Under the pieces are notes generated by a model. That model was not told where the DNA came from. It made no database searches and saw nothing but the letters and a program-made list of their open reading frames with translations. A stretch of 49,234 bases of DNA from an uncultured Myxococcales bacterium (lineage in GTDB: Bacteria; UBA10199; 2-02-FULL-44-16; JAAZCA01), in NCBI GenBank assembly GCA_964410765.1, contig CAYPII010000004.1, positions 1-49,234 of the forward strand, given 5' to 3'. Shown in pieces: positions 37,457-46,950 of this stretch. The translations under genes and the position numbers were made by a program. The first letter of the stretch is position 1, and every line of letters starts with the position of its first letter.

Positions 37457-39784
37457 ATGAAACAGACACGGAAATGGTTGGCAACGGTGGTGATCGTCAC
37501 CGGTTCGCTCCTCTTCTGGCTCGCCTGCGGCGGCGGGGGGAGCATCCAGGGCGGCGGTGGCGAGACGACATCGGGCGGCGGGGAGCAGGAGGAGCCGGCC
37601 GCCGGGAGCGCGGGCCTGCTCACCGGAACGATCGAGGATCCCTCGACGGTTATCAGCGCATCGATCGCTGCCGACATCTCGTTCGATCCATCGGCGATCG
37701 CGGTCGACGTCACACTCGACGGCGAATCGATCGGCAGCTGCAGCATCGATGCGGCGGCACTCACGTACCGCTGCGACCTCACCCTCCTGCCATCGGTGGG
37801 CGACGTCCTGCTCGTGAGCGCCGGACCATTGATGAGCTACTGCACCGTCGAATCGGTGGAGGGCGATACGATTGCCTGCGGCGAGACGAGTGTGGCGACG
37901 ACGCTGGCCTCCTCCGCCGTGGAGTCGGCGAGCGCCAGCGCCAGCATCAGCCCGGCGCTGAGCGCGGAGGAGAGCTCTGTCTATCTCTTCTTCTTCGGCC
38001 TCTTCGATGAATTGGTGATCTTCGAAATCGACGGCACGACACTTATGGATGCGCTCGCCACATTTGCGGAGGGACTCCTCTCCGAGTCCGCAACGGCGAA
38101 CGCCTCCTTCGACGCCTTCGTCGCCGGCGTGTGGGGAAAGCGCGATGCCATCGTCGATGACCCGGGCGCCATCATGTTTGCGCTGGCCAGTCTTGATGAA
38201 GACATCATCACGAGCAGCGCCTTCGGCACATTCCTCGATCTCGCCCTCGATGGCGAGGGACAGGATGAACGCATCTTCAACGCGGGCATCTATGTCGGGA
38301 TGACGCTCGATCTCGGATCAGTCGTCTCCATCGAACAGTTTCTCGACTACGTGGGTCTCGGCGTCCCGTATGCTGAATACATCGCCACCTTCAACGACGC
38401 CCTCAGCCGCATTCGCGCCGATATCGATATGAAGACGATGAACTCCCCCTCGGCGATGCGCAGGCGCAAGGGGATGAACAAGGCAGTCGCATTCACGTGG
38501 CAGGTGCTCCAGGATCCCGAGATGAGCGGGGGGGTCGATGTCGTCCCCGGAGACCTCGTCATGCTCAAATCGATCAGCGAATGTGTTCTGGAAACGGACA
38601 TCATCGCAACGATCGATGAGAGCCAGACCTCTGAGATGATGGACGGAGCGGCGGCGGAGTGGATCCCGATCATCTTCGGTCAGGACGGAGGGCAGTTCAT
38701 GACCGACAATCCGGATGCGCAATCGTGTCTCCTCGATGCCATGCAGGCGAACACCGAGACGAACTTTCCGCAGGAGATGCTCGGCCAAGTCCTCCCGACG
38801 CACGCGATCATGACCCTCTATCACGCCGGGCGCTACACGACGACGGGCGATGACGGCGGCGGCGATATCGATCCGGCGATCCAGCAACTCCTGGGGACCT
38901 GGGAACGGCAGAGCGAAGAGAATTGTACCAACGTCTATACGCTGAACGGTGATATCGAGGCCGGACTCGTTTCAGCGGGTGACTCCGAAATCCTTTTGAG
39001 CTTTGCCACCGTCGCCGGAGCAAGCCAGGTCTTCGACGACGCCGCGATCCCCATCGTTGCAACGACGATGCAGGATATGGACGTGTATGCCTCGTCTCCG
39101 CCCATGAGCTTCACACATGGCCTCACCGGCTGGGACGAGGAGGGCCAAGATCAGGGTTGCGCATTCATCTTCATGAATGAGGGGAGCGCCCTCTCGATCG
39201 CCTGTCAAATGGGGGGTGGAGATCCCTGCGTGGTCGAATATGCAAAGGAGGGCGGTGGCGGTGGTGGTAACGACGATGATGATAACTACCTGATGTCTCA
39301 GTGGAGCGAACGCACGGAGGGAGCATGGGACGGCGACGCGTGCACCGATTTCCCCACACCGCCGTATTACGTTGATTACCCAGACTACTTCGGTTTCGGG
39401 ACCTGCATGGCGCATTCCGGCCAGGTCCCTGTCGAACTCGAAGTGGGGGACCAGGTAGCGGTTTCGCTCGGCAGCGGTCTGTATGATGGAGGGGGATGCA
39501 GTGGGTCGGCAGACAACTGGAACCTCATTGGGGATACTGTTCAGGACAATACCATTATGATGGAGATCATGAACGACACACTCTGGGAAGCGGTCGGCGG
39601 GCGTGTCTACACGCTCAACAACCCCTCCGATGAGAATCCCGCTTACCCGGACTGGTCGGCGCTCGAATGCAGCATCTACTTTGATTCGCTCAACGACGAG
39701 GCCTTCCTTGCCTTCGTCTGTCGAAACGAGGTGGAGGGAGGAAACGTCTGCTACAAATACTATGATCGCGATAGCGGCGAATAG
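37457..39784 (+). CDS. Large acidic lipoprotein, copy 2 (chimera: leader of the 40166 paralog, body of copy 1)
   Basis: Leader MKQTRKWLATVVIVTGSLLFWLAC is identical to that of 40166; the mature part is identical to 34748. Confidence 0.85.
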   Translation: MKQTRKWLATVVIVTGSLLFWLACGGGGSIQGGGGETTSGGGEQEEPAAGSAGLLTGTIEDPSTVISASIAADISFDPSAIAVDVTLDGESIGSCSIDAAALTYRCDLTLLPSVGDVLLVSAGPLMSYCTVESVEGDTIACGETSVATTLASSAVESASASASISPALSAEESSVYLFFFGLFDELVIFEIDGTTLMDALATFAEGLLSESATANASFDAFVAGVWGKRDAIVDDPGAIMFALASLDEDIITSSAFGTFLDLALDGEGQDERIFNAGIYVGMTLDLGSVVSIEQFLDYVGLGVPYAEYIATFNDALSRIRADIDMKTMNSPSAMRRRKGMNKAVAFTWQVLQDPEMSGGVDVVPGDLVMLKSISECVLETDIIATIDESQTSEMMDGAAAEWIPIIFGQDGGQFMTDNPDAQSCLLDAMQANTETNFPQEMLGQVLPTHAIMTLYHAGRYTTTGDDGGGDIDPAIQQLLGTWERQSEENCTNVYTLNGDIEAGLVSAGDSEILLSFATVAGASQVFDDAAIPIVATTMQDMDVYASSPPMSFTHGLTGWDEEGQDQGCAFIFMNEGSALSIACQMGGGDPCVVEYAKEGGGGGGNDDDDNYLMSQWSERTEGAWDGDACTDFPTPPYYVDYPDYFGFGTCMAHSGQVPVELEVGDQVAVSLGSGLYDGGGCSGSADNWNLIGDTVQDNTIMMEIMNDTLWEAVGGRVYTLNNPSDENPAYPDWSALECSIYFDSLNDEAFLAFVCRNEVEGGNVCYKYYDRDSGE

Positions 39785-39813
39785 GTCGTTCCGACCGGCT
39801 CTGACCGCAGACC

Positions 39814-39845
39814 ACCCCGGCACCGCAAGGTGTCGGGGTTTTTTT
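39814..39845 (+). terminator. Rho-independent terminator (duplicate)
   Basis: Same sequence as 37105-37136. Confidence 0.85.
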
Positions 39846-39866
39846 GCACCCCGTGGCCCTACCCTT

Positions 39867-39920
39867 ACCACTCCGAACCTGCTTCCTACTGGTACCAATA
39901 GGAAGCAGGTTCGGAGTGGT
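39867..39920. repeat. 54-bp near-perfect palindrome, copy 2
   Basis: Identical to 37158-37211. Confidence 0.95.
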
Positions 39921-40165
39921 CGGCATCGACAGGTGTCGGGGTTTTCTATAATTGCAAAATATCGTCAAAGAACCGTCGAGGTGTGTGGATTTTGACTCGT
40001 TTTTTGCCTGTTCTTATCTGCCGCCTCTTTCGCAATGCCTTCAGAAAACGAGACCTTGTCTCGGTCCTCACCACAAGGAGCCATTGGCACGCCTCTTGTT
40101 TCAAAAGGGGATGAAAGCGGAGTCATTACAGAAAGTTCCATAATTTCTCGAAAGGGGTCAGGGTC

Positions 40166-42124
40166 ATGAAACAGACACGGAAATGGTTGGCAACGGTGGT
40201 GATCGTCACCGGTTCGCTCCTCTTCTGGCTCGCCTGCGGCGGCGGCGGTGGGAGCGGCGGTGGTGGCGGTGGAAGCGCCGGAACAGTCACGGGAACGATC
40301 GAGGATCCCTCGTCGGTCATCGCGTCGATCTCGCCGGAGAAGGCGATCTCGATCCCGAGTCTCGCAGTCAGCGTCACGCTCGACAGCGAGTCGATCGGCG
40401 AGTGCACGGTCGCGACCGACCTCTCCTACAGCTGCGATCTCTCGGCACTCCCGGCGGTGGGCGATGTCCTCATCGTCTCGGTCGGCGGTCTCCTCGAGAG
40501 CCGCTGCACCGTCGCCTCGGTCGAGGGCAACGCGATCGACTGCGGCGAGACGAATCTCGCCACCTCGCTCGCGCACTGGGGCGTACAGTACGCCGAGGAG
40601 AATGTGGATGCCTCGATCAGCCCGGCGCTCAGCGCGGAGGATGCGGCCACGTACTATGCGTTGTACGTTTCGGTCCTCGCACACTTGAGCATCATCGACA
40701 CCTCTTCCCTCGCCCTCGATAATCCGCGCATGATGCAGGAGCTCCACGATGCGGTGCAGGCCTTTGTGGAAGGGGGCGATGCCTCGCTCATCACCGAAGA
40801 CGAGTCGATTCAGGGGCTCTTCCGCTTCATCGCGCAACAGGTCGAATCCTTTTCGGAGCTCTCCGATGAGCAGAAGCAGGAAGTCCTCGCCGCAATTCTC
40901 TCGATCCCGGCGGACACCGTCATCGACCCGACCTACCTGTCATATTTGTTGGCCATCGCGGGCGATGTGAACGTGGATATCCCGCTGGCAATCTTCGGTG
41001 CGGGGATGATCGCCGATTTCGCCTTCGAGGTCTTCGGGGTCAGCGCGGTGGAATTGTATGCAACGCTCGAACAGGCCGGTCTGGAGGACGACACGCTCGA
41101 CCAGGTCTTCGCAAGCGTCCTCAGGGGCATGCGCTTTGCGTCGGACGATGTCGATCTGAGCCAGGCGATCAGCACCGACATCCTGAGTTTCTGGCGGATT
41201 CACGGCATGAGCTTCGGCTACCTGCTCTTCTTCGCGTACACCGATGTCCTCATGGGAGGGGATATCCCCGAAGCCGCCCTGACGGACGCGATGCTGCGCG
41301 GCGCCAGCGACATGGCCCGGTGTACGTATGAGATGAGCGATCTCTCTGAGGTCTCCAACCTCTTCAGTCAGGACGGAGGGGGAGAGCCAGAGATGCAGAA
41401 CATCGGCGTCATGCCGAGCATGAGCAAGTACAAGGAGAACGTCGTCGATATCCTGATGGATCAGGACAACATGAACGCGCTGCTCGCGGCGGGCGGAAAC
41501 GATCTCCTCTCCTGTTTCAGCGGCTGTTCCGCCAAAGGCGATCTGGATGAAAATTCGGAGATGCTCGTCTGCTCGATGGGCTTCGTCTTCACGGCGGTGA
41601 CGCGTGAAGGGCAGCTGGCGCAGTTCGCCGACGCCTTCGGTGGCGGTGGCGGCAGCGGCGATGCTGACGGCGGCCTCGACTACGACTTCTTCGAGCAGGT
41701 CACGGTGGGGGGCTGGGAGGTCGACGAATCGCATGGGGATTGTAACATGATCGGCGCTCCGCTCGGAGCACTCTCGTCGAATATGATGTCGTATTGGGCA
41801 CCGGAGAGCGGCGATGTCGAGATCGTGAATATTGAATATTGGAACAACGAAGAGCAAAATAATGGTTCGCCCTTCCTCGATGGGGAAACGACACACCAGC
41901 ATGAGAGCTATCAGGCACCGACCTCCGGTCGACTGAAGCTCTACGGGTGGAGTGACGGTGATCATGGCGCCGACTCGAACACTTACGGTTGCACCGTCCG
42001 GACCTACGGCGTGGATGCAGACGCGCGACTCAAGTTCGAGTGCGTCTTTCAGGATCCGAACGGCATGGGAGGCGCTGACATCACCTGCGTGAAGCTCTAT
42101 CAGCCGGGCGGTGGTGGCGATTGA
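40166..42124 (+). CDS. Paralogous acidic lipoprotein (652 aa)
   Basis: Lipobox WLAC; N-domain GTIEDPS...SIG.C...CDL..LP.VGDVL...CGET shared with copies 1 and 2; diverged thereafter. Confidence 0.85.
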   Translation: MKQTRKWLATVVIVTGSLLFWLACGGGGGSGGGGGGSAGTVTGTIEDPSSVIASISPEKAISIPSLAVSVTLDSESIGECTVATDLSYSCDLSALPAVGDVLIVSVGGLLESRCTVASVEGNAIDCGETNLATSLAHWGVQYAEENVDASISPALSAEDAATYYALYVSVLAHLSIIDTSSLALDNPRMMQELHDAVQAFVEGGDASLITEDESIQGLFRFIAQQVESFSELSDEQKQEVLAAILSIPADTVIDPTYLSYLLAIAGDVNVDIPLAIFGAGMIADFAFEVFGVSAVELYATLEQAGLEDDTLDQVFASVLRGMRFASDDVDLSQAISTDILSFWRIHGMSFGYLLFFAYTDVLMGGDIPEAALTDAMLRGASDMARCTYEMSDLSEVSNLFSQDGGGEPEMQNIGVMPSMSKYKENVVDILMDQDNMNALLAAGGNDLLSCFSGCSAKGDLDENSEMLVCSMGFVFTAVTREGQLAQFADAFGGGGGSGDADGGLDYDFFEQVTVGGWEVDESHGDCNMIGAPLGALSSNMMSYWAPESGDVEIVNIEYWNNEEQNNGSPFLDGETTHQHESYQAPTSGRLKLYGWSDGDHGADSNTYGCTVRTYGVDADARLKFECVFQDPNGMGGADITCVKLYQPGGGGD

Positions 42125-42149
42125 TAACGGAATGAGACATGTGGTCTTC

Positions 42150-42181
42150 ACCCCGGCACCGACAGGTGTCGGGGTTTTTTT
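42150..42181 (+). terminator. Rho-independent terminator
   Basis: accccggcacc-gaca-ggtgtcggggt followed by a T-run. Confidence 0.85.
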
Positions 42182-42202
42182 GCACCCCGTGGCCCTCCCC
42201 TT

Positions 42203-42256
42203 ACCACTGCGAACCTGCTTCCTACTGGTACCAATACGAAGCAGGTTCGGAGTGGT
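42203..42256. repeat. 54-bp palindrome, copy 3 (two substitutions)
   Basis: accactgcgaacctgcttcctactggtaccaatacgaagcaggttcggagtggt. Confidence 0.93.
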
Positions 42257-42298
42257 GTGTTTTCCTGTTAAATGCCCTCCCCTCCTCATCCGCTGCAA

Positions 42299-42327
42299 TT
42301 GACAAGCCACCCCTATAGGATATGAAT
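42299..42327 (+). promoter_or_regulatory. sigma70-like promoter of the oxidoreductase operon
   Basis: TTGACA-N17-ATGAAT upstream of 42347. Confidence 0.5.
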
Positions 42328-42346
42328 GAGGGGCTAGGGGGTGCGT

Positions 42347-42943
42347 ATGATCGAAATCCGGTTTCACGGGCGTGGCGGACAGGGGGCGGTCATCGGGGGG
42401 AAGATCCTCGCCACCGCCCTCTTTTCCGAGGGCCAGTTCGTCCAGGCCTTCCCCACCTTCGGGGTGGAGCGGCGCGGCGCCCCGCTGATGGCCTTCGTCC
42501 GGGCCGACGACCGTCGCATCGACCTGCGCAGCCAGATCTACGAGCCCGATCATCTCGTCATCCTCGACCCCACGCTGCTGGCCAACCCCGCCACCTTCGA
42601 GGGCTTCAAGGGGGAGGGATGGGTCCTCGTCAACACGGCCGAGCCGCTGGAGAAGCTGGAGCGCATCGAGCGCTTCGCTCCGTATCGCCTGGCGGCGGTC
42701 GATGCCGGGGCAATCGCCGTGCGCCACCGGCTGGGCTCGGCCACCAGCCCCATCGTCAACACCGCGATCCTGGGCGCGTTCTGCCGCGTCACCGGCCTCT
42801 GTTCGATCGATGCGGTGCTCGCTGCGATCGCAAAGGGGGTCCCGATCAAGCCGGAGCAGAACGCCGCGGCGGCGCGCGAGGCCTACGAAAACGTCCAGTT
42901 CCGCACGACCGCCCCCGCGAAGGAGGACGACGATGACGCGTGA
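42347..42943 (+). CDS. 2-oxoacid:acceptor oxidoreductase gamma subunit
   Basis: [31 protein letters not shown]. Confidence 0.93.
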
Positions 42944-44774
42944 GAAGCGCACGCCCGACCCGATCGCCTTCGAGGGGATGCACGACATGCCCTTCTCCAC
43001 CGTCTCGATGGGAACGATGGAGTGGAACCGCACCGGCTCGTGGCGCTACATGCGCCCGCGCTACACCGAGCTCGTCCCCGCCTGCCAGTTCGCCTGCCCC
43101 ACCGGAAACGACATCGAAGCGTGGATCCGCCTGATGGAGAAGGGGGAGCTCGCCGCCGCCTGGGAAGCAGCCACACTCGAGAACCCCTTCCCCGGCATCA
43201 TGGGGCGCATCTGCTTTCACCCCTGCACGCGCGGCTGCAACCGGCAGGAGCTGGGCGGCGCGGTGAACATCCCGCTGCTCGAGCGCGCGCTGGCCGACCG
43301 CATGGGCGAGGAGCTCCCCGCGCCGGCGCCGCTCTTCGAAAAGAGCGGCAAGCGCATCGCCGTGGTCGGCTCCGGTCCGGCGGGGCTCGCCTGCGCCTAC
43401 CACGCCCAGCGGCTCGGGCACGCGGTCACCGTCTTCGAAAAGGAACGCGAGGCGGGCGGCATGCTGCGCTACGGCATCCCCGCCTACCGCCTGCCCAAGG
43501 GAGTCGTCGACCGCGAGATCCGGCGGCTGGAGAAGATGGGCGTGCAGTTCGAACTGGGCCGCGGCGTGCAGGACGCCACGAAGATGCAGGCGCTGCGCCA
43601 GGACTTCGACGCGGTCTTCCTGGCCCCCGGCGCATGGAAGTCGCGTGCGCTCAGCATCCCGGGCGAGAAGAGCCCGGGGGTGATGCCGGCGCTCGACTTC
43701 CTCAAGCGCGTGGCGGCGCGGCAGTCGGTGGCCTCGGCCAAGAACGTGCTCGTGGTCGGCGGCGGCAACTCGGCGGTCGACGCCGCGCGCACCGCACGCC
43801 GCCTGGGTGCCGCGGTCACCCTCCTCTACCGGCGCACGAAGGCGGAGATGCCCGCCTTCGAGGAGGAGGTGCGGGCCGCCGAGGAGGAGGGGGTGCGCGT
43901 CGAGACGCTCCTCGCCCCGACGGAGGTCACCATTTCCAACGGCCGCGCGGCGGGACTCGTCTGCCAAAAGATGCAGCTGGGCGCCCCCGACAAGAGCGGG
44001 CGGCGACGCCCCGAACCGGTGGCCGATGCGGAGCCGATCGCCTTCGCGGGGGAGCTCATCCTCACCGCCATCGGCGAGGGGATCGACACCACGATCATCC
44101 CCTCCGCCCTCCCGATCGAGAAGGATGCGATCAAGACGGCGGAAGGCGGGCGCACCGAGTGGACGAACGTCTTCGCCGGCGGCGACTTCGCGGGCGAGGC
44201 GCGCACGGTGGTCGATGCGCTGGGGTCGGGCAAGCGCAGTGCGATCGCCATCGACTGCCTCCTGCGCGGCGAGCACTTCGACCGCGTCCTGGAGGCGATC
44301 TGCCTGGACGACGCCGATCCGGCCGCGGCCGATGCGGGGCGCGACACCGCACTCATGGCGCGCTACCGGCAATGGCGTACCGGCGAAGCACCGCCGACGG
44401 CGACCGCTTCGGAGACGACGCACGTCAACCGGGTGGTGCGCTTCGAGGACCTCAACCCCGTCTACTTCACCGCATCGGAGCCCACGCCGACGCCGGCGCT
44501 GGCCGCGGCGGAGCGGCTCGCCGCCGATCCGCACACGGAGGTCCATCCGCGCGCGGCCGACGAGGCGATCGCGCGCGAGATCGAGCGCTGCTTTCACTGC
44601 GGACGCTGCACCGAATGCGACAACTGCTTCATCTATTGCCCCGACATCGCCATCGCGAAGCAGGCCGGCGGCTTCGCCTTCGACCTGGACTACTGCAAGG
44701 GGTGCGGGCTCTGCAGGACCGAATGCCCGCGCGCCGCGATCGAAATGATTCCGGAGCCGATGGAACTGGAGTGA
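42933..44774 (+). CDS. GltD-like FAD/NAD(P) oxidoreductase fused to a PorD-like 2[4Fe-4S] domain
   Basis: TGSWRYMRP, ACQFACP, GRICFHPC, GSGPAG, GGGNSAVD, C-terminal CFIYCPD...YCKGCGLC..ECP. Confidence 0.9.
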   Translation: MTREKRTPDPIAFEGMHDMPFSTVSMGTMEWNRTGSWRYMRPRYTELVPACQFACPTGNDIEAWIRLMEKGELAAAWEAATLENPFPGIMGRICFHPCTRGCNRQELGGAVNIPLLERALADRMGEELPAPAPLFEKSGKRIAVVGSGPAGLACAYHAQRLGHAVTVFEKEREAGGMLRYGIPAYRLPKGVVDREIRRLEKMGVQFELGRGVQDATKMQALRQDFDAVFLAPGAWKSRALSIPGEKSPGVMPALDFLKRVAARQSVASAKNVLVVGGGNSAVDAARTARRLGAAVTLLYRRTKAEMPAFEEEVRAAEEEGVRVETLLAPTEVTISNGRAAGLVCQKMQLGAPDKSGRRRPEPVADAEPIAFAGELILTAIGEGIDTTIIPSALPIEKDAIKTAEGGRTEWTNVFAGGDFAGEARTVVDALGSGKRSAIAIDCLLRGEHFDRVLEAICLDDADPAAADAGRDTALMARYRQWRTGEAPPTATASETTHVNRVVRFEDLNPVYFTASEPTPTPALAAAERLAADPHTEVHPRAADEAIAREIERCFHCGRCTECDNCFIYCPDIAIAKQAGGFAFDLDYCKGCGLCRTECPRAAIEMIPEPMELE

Positions 44775-44787
44775 GGAGAGAAGCGCT

Positions 44788-45963
44788 ATGCCGCACACCG
44801 AAGTCCTCATGGGCAACCACGCCACCTCGCACGGGGTGCGCCTGGCCCGCGCGCAGGTGATCGCCGCCTACCCCATCACGCCGCAGACGCAGGTGGTGGA
44901 GGAGCTCTCCGAGATGTGCGCGCGCGGCGAGCTGGCCGCGCGCTTCATCAAGGTGGAGTCGGAGCACTCGGCGATGGCCTGCGTCATCGGCGCCTCCCAG
45001 GCGGGGGCGCGCGCCTTCACCGCCACCTCCTCGCAGGGATTGGCGCTGATGCACGAGATGCTCTTCTGGGCCGCCTACGGACGGCTGCCGATCGTGCTCA
45101 CCAACGTCAACCGCGCGATGGCGCCGGGCTGGAACATCTGGAGCGATCAGACCGATTCGCTCGCACAACGCGACACCGGCTGGATTCAGATCTACTGCGA
45201 GACGAACCAGGAGGTCCTCGACACGATCCTCATGGCCTATAAGCTCGCCGAGCAGGTGCAGCTCCCGGTGATGGTCGTCTACGACGCCTTCATCCTCTCG
45301 CACACCTATGAACCGGTGGAGGTCCCCGACCAGAAGACGGTCGACCGCTTCCTGCCCAAGCGCCGGGACGAACGGCGCCTGGACCCCGCCAATCCGCAGG
45401 CCTTCAACCCGCTGACGACGCCGGAGCACTACATGGAATTCCGCGCGATCATGGAGCAGGCGCACGAGGAGGCAAAGGAGGTCGTCGGGACGATCGCACG
45501 CGACTTCGCAAAGCAGTTCGGACGCCGCTACGAGATCGTGGAGCTCATCGATGCGGAGGACGCCGAGACGCTGCTCGTGACCACCGGCTCGCTCACCTCG
45601 ACCGCGCGCGTGGCGCTGCGCGAACTGCGGGAGGCGGGCGAAAAGGTGGGGCTGGCGAAGATCCGGCTCTTCCGCCCCTTTCCGGCCGAAGCGATTCGAA
45701 CGGCCTTCGGCAATGCTGGCGGCGAGCGGCGCTTTGCGAAGATCGCGGTGCTCGACCGCAACATCAGCCATGGCTCCGGCGGCATCTGGGCGAACGAGAT
45801 CAAGGCGGCGCTGGCGGAATCGCCGAACGCGCCGACGCTCTTCTCCTTCCACATCGGCCTGGGCGGACGCGACGTCACCCCCGCGGCGGTGCGGGAGGCG
45901 TATCAGTATATGAAGGACCACGAGACGCAGGAGTCGCCCGTCTGGATCGGGCTGAAGCGATAA
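44788..45963 (+). CDS. porA: Pyruvate/2-oxoacid:ferredoxin oxidoreductase alpha subunit
   Basis: AYPITPQT, VESEHSAM, TATSSQGLALMHE, GLGGRD. Confidence 0.93.
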   Translation: MPHTEVLMGNHATSHGVRLARAQVIAAYPITPQTQVVEELSEMCARGELAARFIKVESEHSAMACVIGASQAGARAFTATSSQGLALMHEMLFWAAYGRLPIVLTNVNRAMAPGWNIWSDQTDSLAQRDTGWIQIYCETNQEVLDTILMAYKLAEQVQLPVMVVYDAFILSHTYEPVEVPDQKTVDRFLPKRRDERRLDPANPQAFNPLTTPEHYMEFRAIMEQAHEEAKEVVGTIARDFAKQFGRRYEIVELIDAEDAETLLVTTGSLTSTARVALRELREAGEKVGLAKIRLFRPFPAEAIRTAFGNAGGERRFAKIAVLDRNISHGSGGIWANEIKAALAESPNAPTLFSFHIGLGGRDVTPAAVREAYQYMKDHETQESPVWIGLKR

Positions 45964-45971
45964 CACCTCTA

Positions 45972-46002
45972 CCCCCTCCTGCTCCCCCTTACAAAGGGGG
46001 AG
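45972..46002. repeat. Short intra-operon hairpin, REP-like
   Basis: ctccccctt-aca-aagggggag preceded by ccccctcct. Confidence 0.55.
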
Positions 46003-46017
46003 GGAGATGGAGTCCAC

Positions 46018-46950
46018 ATGCATACCGATCCACAACTCTTCGGACAGGGGACGCGGCCGCAGCAGTACGAGCAAGCCGAGAACATGACCAGCGGGCATCT
46101 CGCCTGCCCCGGCTGCGGCGCGGCGATCGCGATGCGCCTGGCCCTCAAGGCATTGGGGACCGACACGGTGGTCGTCATCCCCGCCTGCTGCTGGGCGGTC
46201 ATCCCCGGCCCCTTCCCCTACACGAACCTCAAGACCCCGCTGGTGCACACCGCCTTCGAGACGACCGGCGCGGTGATCTCCGGCATCCGCGCGGCGCTGG
46301 ACGTGGAGGGGAAGACCGAGACACAGGTGATGGGCTGGGCGGGCGACGGCGGCACCTTCGACATCGGCCTGCAGTCGCTCTCGGCGGCCGCCGAGCGCAA
46401 CGAAAACGTCATCGCCGTCTGCTACGACAACGAGGCGTATATGAACACCGGCATCCAGCGCTCGGGCGCCACGCCGCAGTTCGCCTGGACGACGACGACG
46501 CCGACCGACCACCCGAAGCTCGTGAAGAAGAAGGACATCGACCGCATCATGGAGGCGCACGACATCCCGTATCTCGCCACGGCCTCGCCCGCCTTCCCGC
46601 ACGACCTGATGGCGAAGTTTTCGAAGGCGCGCGGCATCGTCGGCTTCCGCTTCATCCACATCCTCGCCTCCTGCACGGCCGGCTGGAAGATCGACTCCGC
46701 GCAGAGCGTCGAGGTGATGCGCCGGGCGGTCGACTGCAAGCTCTTCCCCCTCTACGAGATCGAAAACGGCCGCGTGACGATCAACGTGCAGCCGCGTGGC
46801 ACGCCCGTGAAGGACTATCTGCGCCTGCAGGGGCGCTTCCGCCATCTCACCGACGAGCAGATCGCCGCCCTGGAGCAGGGCGTCGAACGCGACTGGAGGC
46901 GGCTGCAGCAACGGACCGCTGCCGACTGCGGAAGGGACGACCGACCATGA
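46018..46950 (+). CDS. porB: Pyruvate/2-oxoacid:ferredoxin oxidoreductase beta subunit (TPP-binding)
   Basis: GHLACPGCG, GDGGTFDIG, DNEAYMNTGIQRS. Confidence 0.93.
   Translation: MHTDPQLFGQGTRPQQYEQAENMTSGHLACPGCGAAIAMRLALKALGTDTVVVIPACCWAVIPGPFPYTNLKTPLVHTAFETTGAVISGIRAALDVEGKTETQVMGWAGDGGTFDIGLQSLSAAAERNENVIAVCYDNEAYMNTGIQRSGATPQFAWTTTTPTDHPKLVKKKDIDRIMEAHDIPYLATASPAFPHDLMAKFSKARGIVGFRFIHILASCTAGWKIDSAQSVEVMRRAVDCKLFPLYEIENGRVTINVQPRGTPVKDYLRLQGRFRHLTDEQIAALEQGVERDWRRLQQRTAADCGRDDRP

Larger units (their letters stand above)
34802..40245. repeat. Tandem duplication, 2709-bp period
   Basis: 34802-37536 recurs at 37511-40245; ORF translations are identical with a 2709 offset; 26-bp junction ctcttctggctcgcctgcggcggcgg at 34802, 37511 and 40220. 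Confidence 0.97.

Noticed and set aside
37104-42256. CRISPR array or classical integron attC array
   Set aside because: Repeats are kilobases apart with no spacers or cas genes, and there are no RYYYAAC/GTTRRRY ends or integrase in the window.
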